The translations under genes and the position numbers were made by a program. Of a DNA stretch of 64,000 bases, positions 58,995 to 64,000 are shown piece by piece. Each line of letters begins with the position of its first letter. Position 1 is the stretch's first letter. The notes under the pieces were generated by a model. It was not told the origin of the DNA. It ran no database searches and saw only the letters and a program-made list of their open reading frames with translations. This DNA comes from Amoebidium appalachense (taxonomy: Eukaryota; Protista; Ichthyosporea). The stretch is taken from positions 10,017,059 through 10,081,058 of the forward strand of contig CAVNZM010000002.1 of assembly GCA_963693365.1 (NCBI GenBank). Reading direction: 5' to 3'.

Positions 58995-60016
58995 GGGGGA
59001 GGGGGGGGGGGGGGGGGGGGGGGGGGGTGAGGGGGTAGCATGCCTTTTGGCAGTGCACAGAACACTTTCACGACGGAAAGTTCAGAATGCAGATAGGAGT
59101 ATATTTTTATTTTTATCTTTTTTGGGTGGATGGCGGATGGGGCGGAGAGAGAGGGCGGTGCGGGAGGGGGGAGAGAGAGAAGGAGGGAGGGGAACCGGGT
59201 GAGAGGGGGAGGGGTGTGTGTGTTGGGGGGGGGGGTTAGAACGTGTTACCAAGTACCGCGCGGGGGGGGGGGGGGGGGGGGGGAGGGGGGGTTTACCTGG
59301 CATGATAACAGTTATTGTAGACTTCTTTGAAGCGTCAAGGTGAGGGGTCACAGGTCGCATGTCCCTGCATATCACCATATATGGTTAGTACGGGTAGCAT
59401 TCCCATATATGGTTAGTACGGGTAGCATTCCCATATATGGTTGGTACGGGTAGCATTCCCATATATGGTTGGTACGGGTAGCATTCCCATATATGGTTGG
59501 TACGGGTAGCATTCTCATAAACCGATGGCAAGAAGGGAGAAGTGCGGGGGAAAGGGGGGGGGGGGGGGGGGGGGAGGATATACAATAAAGAAAAACCGAC
59601 CCCTGAATATGGTGCGGTCTGGAAGAATCAATGTATGGACCACACCTGAGCACACACACACGACTACGCAAATTCGACGATTAGGTTTCATATACTCCGT
59701 GTGTGTGTGTGTGAAACGGTGTGTGTGTGTGAAACAATGTGCGCGTGTGTGCTTGTGTGTGTGTGTGTGTGTGTGTATGTGTGTGTGTGTGTGCCCGTGT
59801 GTGTGTGTACGTGCGTGTGCATCAGGGGAAGAGGAAGCGAAAGTAAACTAGGGCATAGGCAAGCCCCCCTGCCCCCCCTCCCCCCCCCCCCCCCCCCCCC
59901 TCCCCCCTCCCCCCCCCCCCCCCCCCCTCCCCCCGGCCCCTACTCACACACACAAGCAAAGGAAAACCCAAAACCATTTATGGGATGCTTCGACAAATCC
60001 CATCGCACACGTGTGC

Positions 60017-60095
<79 letters not shown>

Positions 60096-60764
60096 CTCAC
60101 TCTCTCTCGCTCTCGCTCTCTCTCTCTCTCTTGCTCTCTTGCTTTCTCTCTCGCACGCACTTACACACGCTTCCATGCACGCACCAACACACACACACAC
60201 GCACACACACACACACACACACCCGCACACACCACACAGAGATAATACGAGAACAACAACAACACCACCACCACCACCAACACCACTTCTCGGGGAAAAA
60301 AAGGGGGGGGGGGGAGAAAAGAATGGAAGAACCAACACACACACGTACATATTCAAGCATGCATCCCTCAATGCCTGCATATTTCTGTGTCTTGCCAGCT
60401 CTCTGAGGATGAACCAAGTGGCCTGGGGCAGAGCAAAGGATCCCTCGTGGTGGGATGCAAGCAGAGACGCAGGTGTGCCCCACACTGTGTCTACCGTTTC
60501 CCCTGCGTGTGGTGTTTTTTATTATTATTAATACGTTTATTTATTAATGGGGGGGGGGGGGGGGGGGGGGGGAGGGAGGGAGAAAGACGTGGGAGAGGAC
60601 CGGGGGGGGGGGGGGGGGGGGTACTTTGTTGGTGGATGTTGGTGGGCAGTTTGTGTGGGTGTATGGGCATGCGTGTGTGTGTGTGGGTGTGTGTGTGGTG
60701 GGGGGGGGGGGGGTTGCACGTGTGTGCCTGTGTGCGTGTGTCTGTGTGCGTGTGTCGTGTGCGT

Positions 60765-60810
<46 letters not shown>

Positions 60811-61226
60811 ATGCGTGTGTCATGCGATTGAGTGAGCGAGTCTCTCATTTTCCCAAGCCTTTTCCCGCCCATTTCCTGCAAATCCAAGCATCCACAAAAT
60901 TCCAACTCGCAACTCAGGTGTGTAAATATTTGATTAAAGCGAGAAAGGGGGGAGGCGGTGAGGAGGGCAGAGAGGAGGGGGGGGGGGGGGGGGGGGGGAG
61001 CTAGAGGAGACACGTGGAAATACTGGGCCGCTTACTTAAGGTAGTGTAGTTAGTTTGAACAAGGGGAGGGTTTGTTTAAAACAAGCGGGACAGTCCTAAG
61101 CGAGTGTTGGGGGTGTTAATGATATGGGGAGGATGATACTTAATCAGGCACCCAGGAAACATGGAATGGAAACTGTGTGAGAAACTAAGTGTGCCCCCTG
61201 TCCCCCGCTTCCGTCTGCCTCTCCCT

Positions 61227-61310
<84 letters not shown>

Positions 61311-61470
61311 CCTCCCCCCCCCCCCCCTTTCTATCCATCTCTCTTTCTCTCTCCCTCTTCCCCCCCGCCCCCGTTACCCTCCTTTGTCTCCCTCCCTACC
61401 GCCCTCCCCTCCCTCCCTCCTGCCTCTCCTCCCCCCCCCCCCCTCTTCATCTCTCTTTCTCCACTCCCTT

Positions 61471-61508
<38 letters not shown>

Positions 61509-62108
61509 TTCCCCTCCCCCTCTCTCCTGTGCCCCCAAATCCAATCCCTCCCCCCCCCCCCCCCCTTCCTTCCCCCGCCCCTCTCTCCTATCCCCCCACC
61601 CCCACCACCACACACTCCCACATCCCAGCTCCTCCCCTCCCCTTCCCCCCCCAACGGGCGCCGCCACCGCCCCTGTCCCTGCTTTCTTTATCCCCGGCTT
61701 CCTCCCCCCTTCCCCCCCTCCCCCCGTCCCTCCACGCACCACCACCTCCAAGTCCCACACATCAACCTCTCGCTGCCAAAAATGTAAAACTCAGGAAAGC
61801 AATGGGAACGAGATGGTGGGGTGCCCCGGGGGGGGGGGGGGGGGGGAGGGGGGGGGGAGGGAGGAGAGAGGAATACATGCATTAGAGGGTTGGAAAATTG
61901 TAGGAAGAGACGTCAAAAGACAAAGTTTACGTCACAACATAACAGTTAGACTTCCGAAGTCAGAGGGAGGGGGGGGGGGGGGGGGGATGTCTGGAAATGG
62001 AGAAAGAGAGGTTTGATATCTGAAAAAAGGGGGAACGAGGGGGGGAGGGGGGCGGGCGGAAGTTGAAGGTCGAGGAGAGGGAAGAAAGGATGAAGAAATG
62101 AGAGACGT

Positions 62109-62140
<32 letters not shown>

Positions 62141-62521
62141 CTACCTTGGTCATGGCCGGCGTGGTGTGGGTGTTCGTTCAAAACGGCAAGATAGAACATG
62201 GTGTCGTAGCGAAGGGGTACCTGCATAGGTGTCACCCTGTGTGTGTGTGTGTGTGTGTATGTGGTGTGTTGTGTGTGCACGCACGCGTGTGAGCATACAC
62301 AAGTGTGCCTGGAGCTGTGTTTAAATGCTTTTTTTCTAGGGAAGAAACGGGTGGGGAGGGGGGAGGGGGGGAGGGAGGAGGGGAGGGAAGGAGGTGTGTG
62401 TTCCCTTGTGTATGTAGTCGATTACGGGCTGTGCAATTATGTGGTGGAATGTGGTATTGAATGCACACGTGTGTCTGGCTGTGTGTAGATTTTGTGTCTA
62501 GTGTGGTGCGAGAGAAAGGGA

Positions 62522-62576
<55 letters not shown>

Positions 62577-63604
62577 CGCGCGTGCGTGCGTGCGTGTGTG
62601 TGTGTATGTGTGTGCGCGTGTGTGCGTGCGTGTGTAGGTATGTAAGTGTATGTAATGTGTGTGTGCGCGCTGCCGCAAATGTGTTCTTTACACTTGCTCT
62701 CTACTTCTTCCTTTTTTTTCCTTTTTTTTCTTTCCTTTTTTTTTTTTTTTTTTTTTGGCATGGGAGGGGGGGAGGGGGGGAGGGGGGGGAGGAGGGGGTA
62801 TATGTGTTTGACGAGATGTGCGATGTGGCGTGAGCGTGTTATGGGTTCCTGGGCGGTGGGGCGGGGGAGGGGGGGGGGGGGGGGAGGGGGGTAATTGTTG
62901 GTGGATGTGTGTGGATTAGCAAAACATCCGACGTCCCTGGAGAACAAGGGCATGGGGGGGGGAGGGGGGGGGAGGGTTGTTTGTGGAGCTAATCTATCAG
63001 CGGCTTCTAAAGCATTTACATAGAGCATTATTGCAGAATGATAGGCGGAGGGTGAGATATTCTTTCCGCCGCATGAATGTCAAAAGGTTCTGCAGTTGAT
63101 GCGTGTGTGTGTGTGTGTGTGGGCCGGGGGGGGGGGGGGGGGGGGGGGGAGAAGGGAGAGGAGGAAAGAGAGGAAATGGCCGCCGGGGGGGGGGGGGGGG
63201 GGGGAGAGGAGGGGGGGGGGGGGGGGGGAGGGGGTGTAAAGCAAGACTCTACATACCAGCGAGCCCACGGTAGAAGATCCTCCACAGCCGGCACCCATTT
63301 TTGGTCCCTGCAGACACCAAAGAGGTTGCTTGTCTCTTTAACCTCCTGCCTATACCTCACAGCGTCACCTCCAGATACATAGCCACTCGAACCATTCAAT
63401 TTTCCCGTATTATCGAGTTTGTTTTCCTGGTTGTGGCATAGCAGCACACCTGACTCCTCGTACAGTTCCCGTATCCCCCCCACACGGAAATTGACATCCG
63501 GGAGGGAGAGAAGGGACTGTGGCAGGAAACTTTGCCATGTGGCAGGCTGGTCACCCTGTTGGGATGCAAAAGTCTCAGTTCCCTTTTTTCCATTCGCCAT
63601 ACCC
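58809..63604 (-). CDS. NUDT19-like Nudix (acyl-CoA diphosphatase) hydrolase, 3' exons; the 5' end probably lies beyond the window
   Basis: Exons ~63604-63257 ([17 protein letters not shown]...LLPWARW), 62236-~62145 (VTP...RYDTMFYLA), ~60503-60349 ([11 protein letters not shown]), ~59364-59297 (VIMPG), ~58906-58809 (DEAHP...KRWRI, stop TAA). Confidence 0.8.
59375..59514. repeat. 28-bp tandem repeat x5 containing the palindrome CCATATATGG
   Basis: CCATATATGGTT(A/G)GTACGGGTAGCATTC repeated head-to-tail with no spacers. Confidence 0.95.
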
Positions 63605-63744
63605 CTGCCCTCTCTGCAAAATCCTCCTCCCCCCCCCCCCCTCCCCGCATCCCCTCCACCCCCCGTCTAACCCCCAACCCCTCTTCCGCCCAACTCCGAA
63701 AGCTCCACCCCCTTCCTCTCACAAACCTCCTTCGCCTGACTCAT

Positions 63745-63791
<47 letters not shown>

Positions 63792-64000
63792 ATCCCCCCC
63801 CCCCCCCCCACACACACACACCCCATGCCTGACTCTTTCCTTCCTCTTTCCCTCACCACCCCCACCCCCTCCCCTCCCCTTCCTCTCTGTTCCCTCGAAT
63901 AGCCCCACCCCAGCAAGCTGCATCCAGCACAGCTTCACCCGTCACTCTCCCACCTCTCCTCCTTTCTCTCTCCCTTCAAAATCTTCCGCCCTTCTCTCTT

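Noticed and set aside
59375-59514. CRISPR-like array
   Set aside because: Units are head-to-tail with no unique spacers, the context is eukaryotic, and there are no cas genes. It is a minisatellite.

Overview
Eukaryotic genomic DNA, probably a unicellular opisthokont/holozoan (inferred from the SMG6, IMPACT and histone sequences, not proven). Introns are saturated with poly-G/C, (CA)n and (GA)n tracts, so almost all ORFs in the supplied track are simple-repeat artefacts. Real genes: the 5' part of an atypical Ras-family GTPase (1-307, -), a ~28-kb multi-exon SMG6/EST1A NMD endonuclease (-), four intronless core histones in unusual divergent pairs (H2B/H3 and H4/H2A), IMPACT/YIH1 (+), and the 3' part of a NUDT19-like Nudix hydrolase (-). 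Main discovery: an ~11-kb DNA transposon (33267-44262) encoding a spliced Dada-like DDE transposase with an internal DEDDy 3'-5' exonuclease. It is flanked by an 8-bp TSD (TTTTTCGG) and inserted 2 nt before the histone 3' stem-loop of H2B, displacing that stem-loop 11 kb from its gene. This makes it a candidate histone-gene-targeting Dada lineage. Also notable: histone stem-loops followed by HDE-like AAAGA(G/A) motifs, two adjacent perfect hairpins with different stems but a shared loop (one interrupted by a LINE-like fragment), and recurrent diverged copies of exon ends inside SMG6 introns.
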